DNA of 45,325 bases. It comes from Gammaproteobacteria bacterium (GTDB taxonomy: Bacteria > Pseudomonadota > Gammaproteobacteria > Steroidobacterales > Steroidobacteraceae). The notes beneath the pieces were generated by a model. It was not told where the DNA came from. It worked only from the letters and a program-made list of their open reading frames with translations, and did no database searches. Position 1 is the stretch's first letter. Each line of letters starts with the position of its first letter. Location: the NCBI GenBank assembly GCA_030830595.1, contig JAURMS010000132.1:1-45325 (forward strand), given 5' to 3'. This document shows positions 37,964 through 45,325 of the stretch, piece by piece. A program made the position numbers and the translations under genes.

Positions 37964-38386
37964 TCAATCCTTCACCGTGGGCAGGTTGTCCTGGCGCCAG
38001 GCCCCCAGCCCACCGCGCAGGTTGTGCACCGGGCCGAAGCCCAGCTCGACCAGCTTGCGCGCGGCCGCCGCCGAGGAGAGGCCGCTGTCGCAGCAGGCGA
38101 TCAGCGTCTTGCCCTTGAGCTTGGCAAGGCGCTCGTTGTCGGCCTCGAGCTGGTCGCCCGGGATGTTACGGGCACCCTGGATGTGGCCGTCCTTGAACTG
38201 GTTCGCGGAACGGATGTCCACCACCACGGCACCGTCGTTCATGAGCCTGACGGCTTCCGTAGCGGAAATCGCGGCGGTGGCCTGGGCCCGCTGGCGGAGT
38301 TCAAAGCCGAGTACCACCACCGCCATGGCCAGGGCCGAGCCGGCCAGCAGCGGGTGGTTGCCGATGTAGTCGAGCAGTTGTTCCAT
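37964..38386 (-). CDS. Membrane-anchored rhodanese-domain protein (YibN-like)
   Basis: 140 aa. N-terminal TM, rhodanese fold with active-site loop CCDSGLSS and a C-terminal GGLGAW. Same yibN-grxC-secB-gpsA order as in E. coli. Confidence 0.8.
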   Translation of the reverse strand: MEQLLDYIGNHPLLAGSALAMAVVVLGFELRQRAQATAAISATEAVRLMNDGAVVVDIRSANQFKDGHIQGARNIPGDQLEADNERLAKLKGKTLIACCDSGLSSAAAARKLVELGFGPVHNLRGGLGAWRQDNLPTVKD

Positions 38387-38467
38387 GGGTGTCGGCCAGC
38401 GTCGTATCGATCAGCCGCGCAGTATACCAGCCACCGGGAGCCGCCTCGGCTACCATAAACAGGCCTC

Positions 38468-39619
38468 ATGACCCCCCGAAATCGCCTTTGCTGGCTGCCT
38501 TGCCTGGTTGCGGTCCTGGTGTGTGCCGGACCCCAGCCTGCGGCTGCTGCCGACAAGGAAGCGGAGCTGGCCGGCCTGAAGGAACGCATCGGGCGCCTGC
38601 AGCGCGACATGCAGCAGGATCTCAGCCGCCGGGACCGCCTGGCGGCGGCCCTGCGGGATGCGGAGCGCGAGGTCGCCGCAGCGCGCAGTCGTCTGGATCG
38701 CGCCACGCGTGAGCTGGCCCTGACCGATGGGCGCCTCGAGACGCTGGCCGGGCAGCAGGCCGAGACCCGTCGGGCACTCGCCACCCAGCGGCGCGCCCTG
38801 GCTGGCGCGCTGCGCGCGGCTTACCTCGCCGGCCGGGAAGAGCATCTCAAGCTCCTGCTGAGCCAGCGCGATCCGGCCCGCCTGGGCCGCCTGTTCACCT
38901 ACTACGGCTATCTCGGCCGAGCCCGGGCCGGAGCCATCGAGGGCATCGAGGCTTCGCTCGTGCGCCTCACCGAACTCGAGGAGCAGCTCACCGAGGAGCG
39001 AATCCTCCGGGCAGGCCAGCAATCGCTGCGGGAGCGGGAACTGCTGGCGCTCGAAGAGGCCCGCGGCCAGCGCAAGCAGGCCCTTGGTGCCATGAACGCC
39101 CGGATCGGCAGCAACCAGGCCGCCCTGGCCGGCCTGCGCCGCGAAGCGCAGGCGCTGGAGAAACTGCTGGAGGCGCTGAGGCGCGAGACGGCCGGCGGGT
39201 CGGCGCCGGCCGGGCAGCCGTTTGCCAGGGTCAAGGGTCGTTTGCCCTGGCCGGTGAAGGGCCGGGTAACCGCCAATTTCGGCCAGTCGCGCGGCGGTGG
39301 CTTGCGCTGGAACGGCATCGCCATTGCGGCTGACCGTGGCACGGCGGTGTCGGCGCCTTATGCGGGGAAGGTGGTGTATTCCGACTGGTTGCCGGGTCTG
39401 GGGCTTCTGCTCATTATCGACCACGGGGGCGGGTACATGACCCTGTACGGGCATAATGAACAGCTGTACAAGGCCGTGGGCGAGGCGGTGAGCGCCGGTG
39501 AAACCATCGCGACGGTCGGCGACAGCGGCGGGCGCGGTCGTCCGGAGTTGTATCTCGAAGTGAGACGGGGCAAGGTGCCCGAGGATCCGCGGCGCTGGTT
39601 CCGCGGCTCACCCAGGTAA
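38468..39619 (+). CDS. envC: Murein hydrolase activator EnvC-like (coiled coil + M23/LytM domain)
   Basis: 383 aa. Signal peptide, a long Ala/Leu/Arg/Glu coiled-coil region, and a C-terminal LytM domain (GLRWNGIAIAA..GTAVSAPYAGKVVYSDWLPGLGLLLIIDHGGGYMTLYGHN). Divergent from the yibN-like gene, as in E. coli. Confidence 0.8.
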   Translation: MTPRNRLCWLPCLVAVLVCAGPQPAAAADKEAELAGLKERIGRLQRDMQQDLSRRDRLAAALRDAEREVAAARSRLDRATRELALTDGRLETLAGQQAETRRALATQRRALAGALRAAYLAGREEHLKLLLSQRDPARLGRLFTYYGYLGRARAGAIEGIEASLVRLTELEEQLTEERILRAGQQSLRERELLALEEARGQRKQALGAMNARIGSNQAALAGLRREAQALEKLLEALRRETAGGSAPAGQPFARVKGRLPWPVKGRVTANFGQSRGGGLRWNGIAIAADRGTAVSAPYAGKVVYSDWLPGLGLLLIIDHGGGYMTLYGHNEQLYKAVGEAVSAGETIATVGDSGGRGRPELYLEVRRGKVPEDPRRWFRGSPR

Positions 39620-39632
39620 AGTCGAGGAGTTC

Positions 39633-41816
39633 ATGGAACTGGCACTGCCGTCCTTCCTGCAGGGCAACAAGCCTGATCTCGAGCCGCATGGCCAGGTTCT
39701 CAAGAGCCTCGTGCCGAAGGCGGCCGGCATCGGGTTCTATGACGCCCGCGGTGCCAGGCTCTGGTTCCTGGAGGGCTACGACGGTCCCGAGCCGCAGCCC
39801 CTGGTCGACGAAGCCCTCGCCAAGGCGCCTCCCGCCAACAGCGGCGAGATCGAGGGCTTCATGCGCGACTTCCACGGCGCGCCCGCCTACGCCTTCCGGC
39901 TGCGCAACGAGCAGGGCGAGGTCACCGCCGTCGCCGTCCTGCTCACCCGCAGCGCAGAGAGCAAGCCGCTGTCCTTCATCAGTCACCTGGTGAAACCTGC
40001 GCTGGAGTGCCTGGCCCGCGAGCTTTCCATCCGCCACCTCGTGCAGACGATGAGTGACGAGCTGGCTGCCCGCGACGGGGACCTCGACTTGTTGCTCAAG
40101 GTGGCACCGGATGATGTCGGCACGCCCCAGCAGGCGGATGAACTCGGGGCCCTGGTCCAGTCCTGCGTCGATCATCTTGGTTGCGAGCTCTGTGCCCTGG
40201 TGGTGCCTGAGCGCAGCATCGCGGTCTGCAAGGCGCCTGCTGGGACCAAACCGGCGGTGAGCGTCCTGACCGCCACCCATCGCCACCTGTTCAACTGGGC
40301 GCAGCTGCAGCGCCGGCCGCTGGTTATCAACAAGGCCAACGCCACCCCGGGCGGCCTGCCACGCTACAAGATCCTGTCCTTGCCCATCCGTCATGCCGGC
40401 GGGCGGGTCACGGGGTTCCTGGCGCTGTTCAGGTCCCCGGACGGCGCGGACTTCGACGGACGCGTCCAGCGCCTGTGCGAGTTGTTGACCCGCAAGATCG
40501 GCGCCGCACTGCGCACCAATTTCGATGCGACCACCTCCCTGCTCACGCGTCCTGCTTTCGAGGTGCAGGTGCAGGCCGCCATGGCGACCGCCACCGTGGC
40601 CGATCACAGCGTCCTGTACATCGACGTCGACAGCCTGCACGTGATCAATGACAACTTCGGGATGCCGGTCGGCGACGAGGTCATCACCAAGATCGCCGAG
40701 ATCCTGGCACGCAAGCAGCGACCGGGTGCCCTGGCGGCGCGGATTGCCGGCGATCGGTTTGCGGTGTTCATGCCCGACTGCGGTCTCGAGCCCGCCCGCG
40801 AGATCGCCCTCACGCTGTGTCGCCAGTGCTCCGACCTCACCTATGCCCGCGGCAAGGGTACGGTCCACGTATCGGTCAGCATCGGTGTGGCGCAACTCAA
40901 CCTGGAGTCACGGCACCCGCTCGGCCACGGCCTGGCCAATGCCGAGATCGCCTGCAAGGCGGCCAAGGATCGTGGCCGGGGCCGGGTGGAAACCTACGAC
41001 GACAAGGATGCCAGCATCGTCCGGCGCAGTTCGGACGTGATGGTGGTGCAGCAGGTCCACGAGGCCCTGGAGCATGACCGCTTCACGTTGTTTGCCCAGC
41101 CCATCGTCCCCCTTGGCGCGGTCGCGACCGAGCCGCGATTCGAGCTGTTGCTGCGCATGCTCGGGGCCGGGGGTGAGCCGGTCGAGCCGGACAAGTTCCT
41201 GTCGGCCGCCGAGCGCTACCAGGTGATGCCTCGTATCGATCGCTGGGTGGTCAATCACGCCCTCACCGCACTGAAGCCGCAGGCGAAGCTGCTGCGCGGC
41301 AAGCCCATGCGTTTCTCCATCAATGTCTCAGGCCCGTCACTGGCGGACGAGACCTTCCTGGAATTCCTCGAAAAGGCCATCCAGGGGTCGGGACTGCCGC
41401 CCCAGTGCCTGTGTTTCGAGTTGACCGAGACCGCCGCGGTGTCCAACCTGGAGCGCGCGGACCGCCTGATGCAGCGCGTACGAGCCCTGGGCAGCACCTT
41501 TGCGCTGGACGACTTCGGCACCGGACTGTCCTCGCTCTCCTACCTGAAATCCCTGCCGGTTTCGGTGCTCAAGATCGACGGCAGCTTTACCCGCGATGCG
41601 CTCAACAACCCACGCACCGAATCGATGGTCCGGGCGATTGCCCAGCTGGCCCAGACCATGAATATGGAGACCATCGCGGAATTCGTGGAGACCCAGGAAC
41701 AGAAACTGCACATGGCTGCGCTCGGCGTCGATTTCGCCCAGGGCCATGCGGTCGGCACACCCTTGCCGCTTCAGGAACTGTTTCGCAAGCTGGCAAGCTA
41801 CACCAACGGATCCTGA
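39633..41816 (+). CDS. Cytoplasmic sensor protein: N-terminal GAF-like region(s)-GGDEF(degenerate)-EAL
   Basis: 727 aa. The roughly 300-aa N-terminus has no clear motif (GAF-like by eye). The GGDEF site reads IAGDRF. EAL-domain motifs are intact (FELLLR, NVSG, ELTET, DDFGTGLSS, KIDGSF, EFVET, QGH). Confidence 0.85.
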   Translation: MELALPSFLQGNKPDLEPHGQVLKSLVPKAAGIGFYDARGARLWFLEGYDGPEPQPLVDEALAKAPPANSGEIEGFMRDFHGAPAYAFRLRNEQGEVTAVAVLLTRSAESKPLSFISHLVKPALECLARELSIRHLVQTMSDELAARDGDLDLLLKVAPDDVGTPQQADELGALVQSCVDHLGCELCALVVPERSIAVCKAPAGTKPAVSVLTATHRHLFNWAQLQRRPLVINKANATPGGLPRYKILSLPIRHAGGRVTGFLALFRSPDGADFDGRVQRLCELLTRKIGAALRTNFDATTSLLTRPAFEVQVQAAMATATVADHSVLYIDVDSLHVINDNFGMPVGDEVITKIAEILARKQRPGALAARIAGDRFAVFMPDCGLEPAREIALTLCRQCSDLTYARGKGTVHVSVSIGVAQLNLESRHPLGHGLANAEIACKAAKDRGRGRVETYDDKDASIVRRSSDVMVVQQVHEALEHDRFTLFAQPIVPLGAVATEPRFELLLRMLGAGGEPVEPDKFLSAAERYQVMPRIDRWVVNHALTALKPQAKLLRGKPMRFSINVSGPSLADETFLEFLEKAIQGSGLPPQCLCFELTETAAVSNLERADRLMQRVRALGSTFALDDFGTGLSSLSYLKSLPVSVLKIDGSFTRDALNNPRTESMVRAIAQLAQTMNMETIAEFVETQEQKLHMAALGVDFAQGHAVGTPLPLQELFRKLASYTNGS

Positions 41817-41833
41817 GACCCGGGCGACTGCCG

Positions 41834-43168
41834 ATGCTGCTTCGCTGCTTGCCGATTGCCGCTGCGCTGCTGATGTGGCCCTCGCTCGAGGCCCTTGCCC
41901 GGCCACTGGTGCTGGCGGGTGGTACCGTGATTCATGGCTATTCCCACGCGCCCCTGCGCAACGGTGTCATCGTCATCGAGGGCGAGCGCATCACCGCAGT
42001 GGGAACGGTGGACTCCGTCAGCCTGCCGCCGGATGCCGAGGTCATCTCCACCGAGGGCATGACCGTCTTGCCCGGCCTGTGGGATCTGCAGGTCCACCTC
42101 GATCGGATCGGCAGTGCCGACGAGGAACGTTGGCGTGAGGTGTACCTGCCGATCGTACCGAGGGTGGTTGGACCGCTGGTGGCGCGCCAGCTCCTCGAGG
42201 CAGGGGTGACCAGCATCCGGGCCATGCCTACCAGTGCACGAGCCGGCCTCGGCCTGGCCGAGCGCGTGCGTGAAAAGCGGGTCGATGGCCCGACGATACA
42301 CGCCACGGGCCGCGCGCTCGGCAAGCTGTCTCGCTTCCCCGGGGAGCCTGTCTTTCAGGTCACCGGAGCCCAGTCTGCAGCCGCCCAGGTGGCGGAACTC
42401 GCCCGGGCGGGAGCCGGCTTCATCGTGCTGGAACAACTCGAGCTCTGGTCGGCAGATGAGCTTGCTGCGGCCGTCGGCGAAGCGCGCATCCGCGCATTGA
42501 AGGTGTTCGCACGCGGCGAGGGCTCACGGTCCGTCGAACGTGCGCTGGAGGCGGGTGTGGACGGTTTTATCGGCATGGACTTCGGCACCGAGCCGGCCAT
42601 CCCGGCGGCAACCCTGGAGAAGATCGCCGCGCGCGCGCGCGCCACCGACAAGCCGCCTCTCAGCTGGACCCCAGCCGTTTCCGGGGTCCTCAATTACGAG
42701 GCCTTGCGCCGCGATCCGGAGCCGCTCGATGACCCGGCCAGTTTCGCCGGCCTGCCGCCGCTGATGAGCATGGACTTGCAGGCCTCGATGCGTTATCTCG
42801 ACCGCGTGCGCTGGTACGACATGCCGGCCCTGCGGGCCGCTGGCCTGTGTCCGAAGTTGCGGCAACTTCAGGAGGCTGGAGTGCGGCTGGTGATAGGCAG
42901 TGATTCCGGAGCCCCTGGCCATCTGCACACGCGTGCCGCCTGGCAGGAGGTGGATGACTGGGTGCGTAACTGCGGCATCGACCCTATGTTTGCCATCCAG
43001 GCCGCCACGCGTGAGGCTGCGGCAGCCATGGGTCTCGAGCACGAGTCCGGCACCCTCTCACCCGGCAAGTACGCCGACATCATCGCGGTGCGGGGTGATC
43101 TCCTGCGGCATCCCGCGCTCCTGCAGCGGCTCGACATCATCATTCGTCACGGGCGGCGCTTCCGCTAG
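41834..43168 (+). CDS. Secreted amidohydrolase-fold protein with apparently degenerate metal-binding motifs
   Basis: ATG at 41834 gives 444 aa. Signal peptide MLLRCLPIAAALLMWPSLEALA. Amidohydrolase-like layout (GGTVI...I.IEGERI.AVG, VLPGLWDLQVHL, VIGSDSG, G.L.PGKYADIIAV), but HxH reads QVH. Confidence 0.7.
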   Translation: MLLRCLPIAAALLMWPSLEALARPLVLAGGTVIHGYSHAPLRNGVIVIEGERITAVGTVDSVSLPPDAEVISTEGMTVLPGLWDLQVHLDRIGSADEERWREVYLPIVPRVVGPLVARQLLEAGVTSIRAMPTSARAGLGLAERVREKRVDGPTIHATGRALGKLSRFPGEPVFQVTGAQSAAAQVAELARAGAGFIVLEQLELWSADELAAAVGEARIRALKVFARGEGSRSVERALEAGVDGFIGMDFGTEPAIPAATLEKIAARARATDKPPLSWTPAVSGVLNYEALRRDPEPLDDPASFAGLPPLMSMDLQASMRYLDRVRWYDMPALRAAGLCPKLRQLQEAGVRLVIGSDSGAPGHLHTRAAWQEVDDWVRNCGIDPMFAIQAATREAAAAMGLEHESGTLSPGKYADIIAVRGDLLRHPALLQRLDIIIRHGRRFR

Positions 43169-43197
43169 CGGCGGCCGTTACCACCAGGGAGTCATCC

Positions 43198-43560
43198 ATG
43201 CCTCGTTTCGTCCTGCGCGCCGCCATCGCTGCCCTGGGCCTGTGGCTCGCCAGCGCATGGGTCGATGGCCTGGTCATCGAGACGCCCCTGACGCTGCTGT
43301 TCGCCGCCCTGCTGCTCGGCATCGTCAACGCGCTCGTGAGGCCGCTCCTGATCCTGCTGACCCTGCCTTTCCTGGTGCTGAGCCTGGGCCTGTTTCTGTT
43401 GGTGATCAACGCCCTGATGCTGGGCCTGGTCGCTGCGCTGCTGCCCGACATGCGCCTTGATGGCTTCCTGTCGGCGGTGGGTGCCGCGCTGATCGTCAGC
43501 GTGGTCAGCCTGGCCGGGTCACTCGCCTTCGGTTCAACCAACGATTTGCGTAACCGGTGA
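43198..43560 (+). CDS. DUF360 / phage-holin-4_2 family small membrane protein (YvlD-like)
   Basis: 120 aa with four hydrophobic segments. LLGIVNALVRPLLILLTLPFLVLSLGLFLLVINALML is typical of this family. Confidence 0.7.
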   Translation: MPRFVLRAAIAALGLWLASAWVDGLVIETPLTLLFAALLLGIVNALVRPLLILLTLPFLVLSLGLFLLVINALMLGLVAALLPDMRLDGFLSAVGAALIVSVVSLAGSLAFGSTNDLRNR

Positions 43561-44407
43561 CCAGCGCGGTCGAGAGCAGGATAACCGCCATGCCGGCAAT
43601 CTGTGCCGCGGACAGCCGTTCGTCCAGCACCAGCCAGCCGAGCAGGGCGGCGACGCCCGGAATGACGTACCCAAACGAGCCGGCGATCACCGGCGTGGAC
43701 TGCCTGACCAGGAAGTTATAGGCGGAGTAGGCGATACAGGTACTCATCACCGTCAGCCACAGGAAGGCGGTGGTGGCTTCAGGTGTCCAGTCGGTGTCGA
43801 AGGGCTCACCCGAGACCTGAGACCAGGTCAACAAGCCGAGTCCACCAACCAGCATCTGCATGGCCAGCACTGTCTCGGGCGGATTGGCTGTCTCGATGTT
43901 GCGGTAATAGATCGTCGCTACGGACCAGCCGAGGCATCCGACCAGCACCACTCCGGACCAGGCCAACTCGCTGGTGTCGGCGTTGCCGAAGGGATCGAGC
44001 ACCAACGCCACGCCTATGACGCCCAGCAGCAAGCCCACCATGGCTGTAGCGTCGAGTCGGCTGGCCCGTGGACCGAGGGTGCCGAGCCCGGCAATCATCA
44101 GAGAAGACGTCGCATTGAGCAGTGCGCCAACGTTGGAAGGCACGTGCTGAAAGCCGAGCGCATTGCAACCGTTGCTGATGAGGATGGCGCCGGTGGCCAG
44201 CAGTACGACCTGCCGAAGGTCGTCACGGCCCAGCTTCGGCCGACCGTGTCGCCACCACGCGAGCGCACCCAGGAACAGGCCGGCGATCGTGAAGCGCAGC
44301 CCTGAAACGAGGAGTGCCGGCTCATCCATCACCAGGACCTTGGTGGCGAGCGGGCTAGATCCCCAGATGAGGTAGACCAGGACGAGCGCGATGACTACCG
44401 GGGACAA
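43505..44407 (-). CDS. EamA/DMT-family transporter
   Basis: 300 aa, about 10 TM segments, N-terminal LIWGSSPLATK motif. TTG start immediately after the OPT gene stop. The 3' end overlaps the convergent DUF360 gene by 56 nt. Confidence 0.78.
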   Translation of the reverse strand: MSPVVIALVLVYLIWGSSPLATKVLVMDEPALLVSGLRFTIAGLFLGALAWWRHGRPKLGRDDLRQVVLLATGAILISNGCNALGFQHVPSNVGALLNATSSLMIAGLGTLGPRASRLDATAMVGLLLGVIGVALVLDPFGNADTSELAWSGVVLVGCLGWSVATIYYRNIETANPPETVLAMQMLVGGLGLLTWSQVSGEPFDTDWTPEATTAFLWLTVMSTCIAYSAYNFLVRQSTPVIAGSFGYVIPGVAALLGWLVLDERLSAAQIAGMAVILLSTALVTGYANRWLNRRRVTRPG

Positions 44408-45325
44408 TCAGGTCCTGCCCGCGCCCGCACTCCGGAAGATCCATGCGGCCACCAGTGCCAGCGCAGCGAGCCCTGCCCACTGCCCAGGCCGCCAATCAGC
44501 AGCCACTGCCAGCACGTTGGCATCGCCCGTGGCCACGATGGGAATGGCCAGCAGCACGCCCAGCAATGCCTCGCCGGCTATCAGTCCAGCTGCCAACAGC
44601 AAACCGGTCCGGCCCGCCTTCTCGACATCCAGGCCACGGGCGGCGAGGCGGCGACCCACCAGGTGCGCCAGCAACCCACCCGCGAAGATAGGCGTTGAAA
44701 GCTCGAGCGGCAGATAGATGCCCACCGCCACAGCCAGTACAGGCGCGCGCCACGTGCTGCCGACTCGACGAAGCTGTTCATCGAGCACGATCACGGCCAC
44801 GCCCACCGCGACACCCACGCCGATCATGGCCCAGGGCAGGCCGCCCAGGAACATGCCGCGGGCCACCGAGGCCATCAGGGTTGCCTGCGGCGCGGCCAGC
44901 GCATTCACGCCCTCGCGTGCCGGTTCACCGATACCGTAGGCCTCCATCAGCAGGTTGAGCACGGGTGCCATCACGGCGGCACTGCAGACCGCGCCGATGG
45001 CCAGCATCACCTGCTGGCGCCAGGGCGTGGCGCCGACCAGCTGGCCGGCCTTGAGGTCCTGCAGGTTGTCGCCGGCGATGGAGGCCGCATTACAGATCAC
45101 CGCACCGATCATGATCGCCGCCACCGGCCCGATGCTGGAGCCGCGGCCAAGCAGCGCGAGCAGCACCAGCGAGGCGAACAGGATGGTGGAGATGGTGATC
45201 CCGGAGACCGGGTTGTTCGAGGAGCCCACCAGGCCGGCCATGTAGCCGCTGACCGAGGAAAAGACGAAACCGGCGACCACCATGATGACGGCCATCGCCA
45301 GCGCCACGCCGAGGTTGTCCACCAC
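44408..45325 (-). CDS. OPT-family oligopeptide transporter (C-terminal part; the 5' end lies beyond the window)
   Basis: 305 aa of an ORF open to the window edge. SSVSGYMAGLVGSSNNPVSGITISTILF and GDNLQDLKAGQLVGATPWRQQ are characteristic OPT motifs. Confidence 0.8.
   Translation of the reverse strand: MVDNLGVALAMAVIMVVAGFVFSSVSGYMAGLVGSSNNPVSGITISTILFASLVLLALLGRGSSIGPVAAIMIGAVICNAASIAGDNLQDLKAGQLVGATPWRQQVMLAIGAVCSAAVMAPVLNLLMEAYGIGEPAREGVNALAAPQATLMASVARGMFLGGLPWAMIGVGVAVGVAVIVLDEQLRRVGSTWRAPVLAVAVGIYLPLELSTPIFAGGLLAHLVGRRLAARGLDVEKAGRTGLLLAAGLIAGEALLGVLLAIPIVATGDANVLAVAADWRPGQWAGLAALALVAAWIFRSAGAGRT

Noticed and set aside
39414-40895. 493-aa minus-strand ORF opposite the envC 3' end and the GGDEF-EAL gene
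   Set aside because: Antisense artefact, for the same compositional reasons.
42628-42642. 15-nt alternating (CG)n tract inside the amidohydrolase-fold gene
   Set aside because: It is short and in-frame (encoding ARARA), as expected by chance in a coding region with this GC content. No evidence of phase variation can be drawn from one sequence.

Overview
This window reads as a high-GC (about two-thirds G+C by eye) gammaproteobacterial core-chromosome segment containing dnaA-dnaN-recF-gyrB. It is almost fully coding (about 38 genes), with short or overlapping junctions. I found no CRISPR array, transposase, integrase, phage block, tRNA/rRNA gene or recognisable defence system, so it looks like an ordinary housekeeping region rather than an accessory island.

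Gene order:
- GspB-like T2SS protein (5' partial), a DAK2-DegV fusion, a PLP transsulfuration-family enzyme and an AI-2E permease
- uvrD, trkA-trkH, a small TPR protein, TRAP dctQ/dctM-type permeases and a convergent TRAP solute receptor
- dnaA, dnaN, recF, gyrB
- SOUL-family protein, plsC, glyS-glyQ (minus strand)
- glnA, a DUF4124 protein, ntrB-ntrC
- A hybrid sensor kinase with a REC-PAS-GGDEF-EAL regulator (minus strand)
- AspC/TyrB aminotransferase with class-1 pyrD (minus strand), then trmL
- yibN-like rhodanese, grxC, secB, gpsA (minus strand)
- envC-like activator, a GGDEF-EAL protein, an amidohydrolase-fold protein and a DUF360 holin-like protein
- EamA transporter and an OPT transporter (partial at the window edge)

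The most unusual item is a single 603-aa polypeptide that joins a FakA-like DAK2 kinase and Cys2His2 linker to a complete DegV/FakB-like domain. It is translationally coupled to the next two genes.

Secondary observations:
- A non-canonical dnaA neighbourhood (no rpmH/rnpA), with DnaA boxes on both sides of dnaA
- Two c-di-GMP modules with degenerate GGDEF and intact EAL motifs, one coupled to a hybrid kinase that has a pseudo-receiver
- An envC-linked four-gene cluster that includes an amidohydrolase-fold protein apparently lacking most metal ligands

All family assignments come from reading the translated ORFs by eye. No database search was run.
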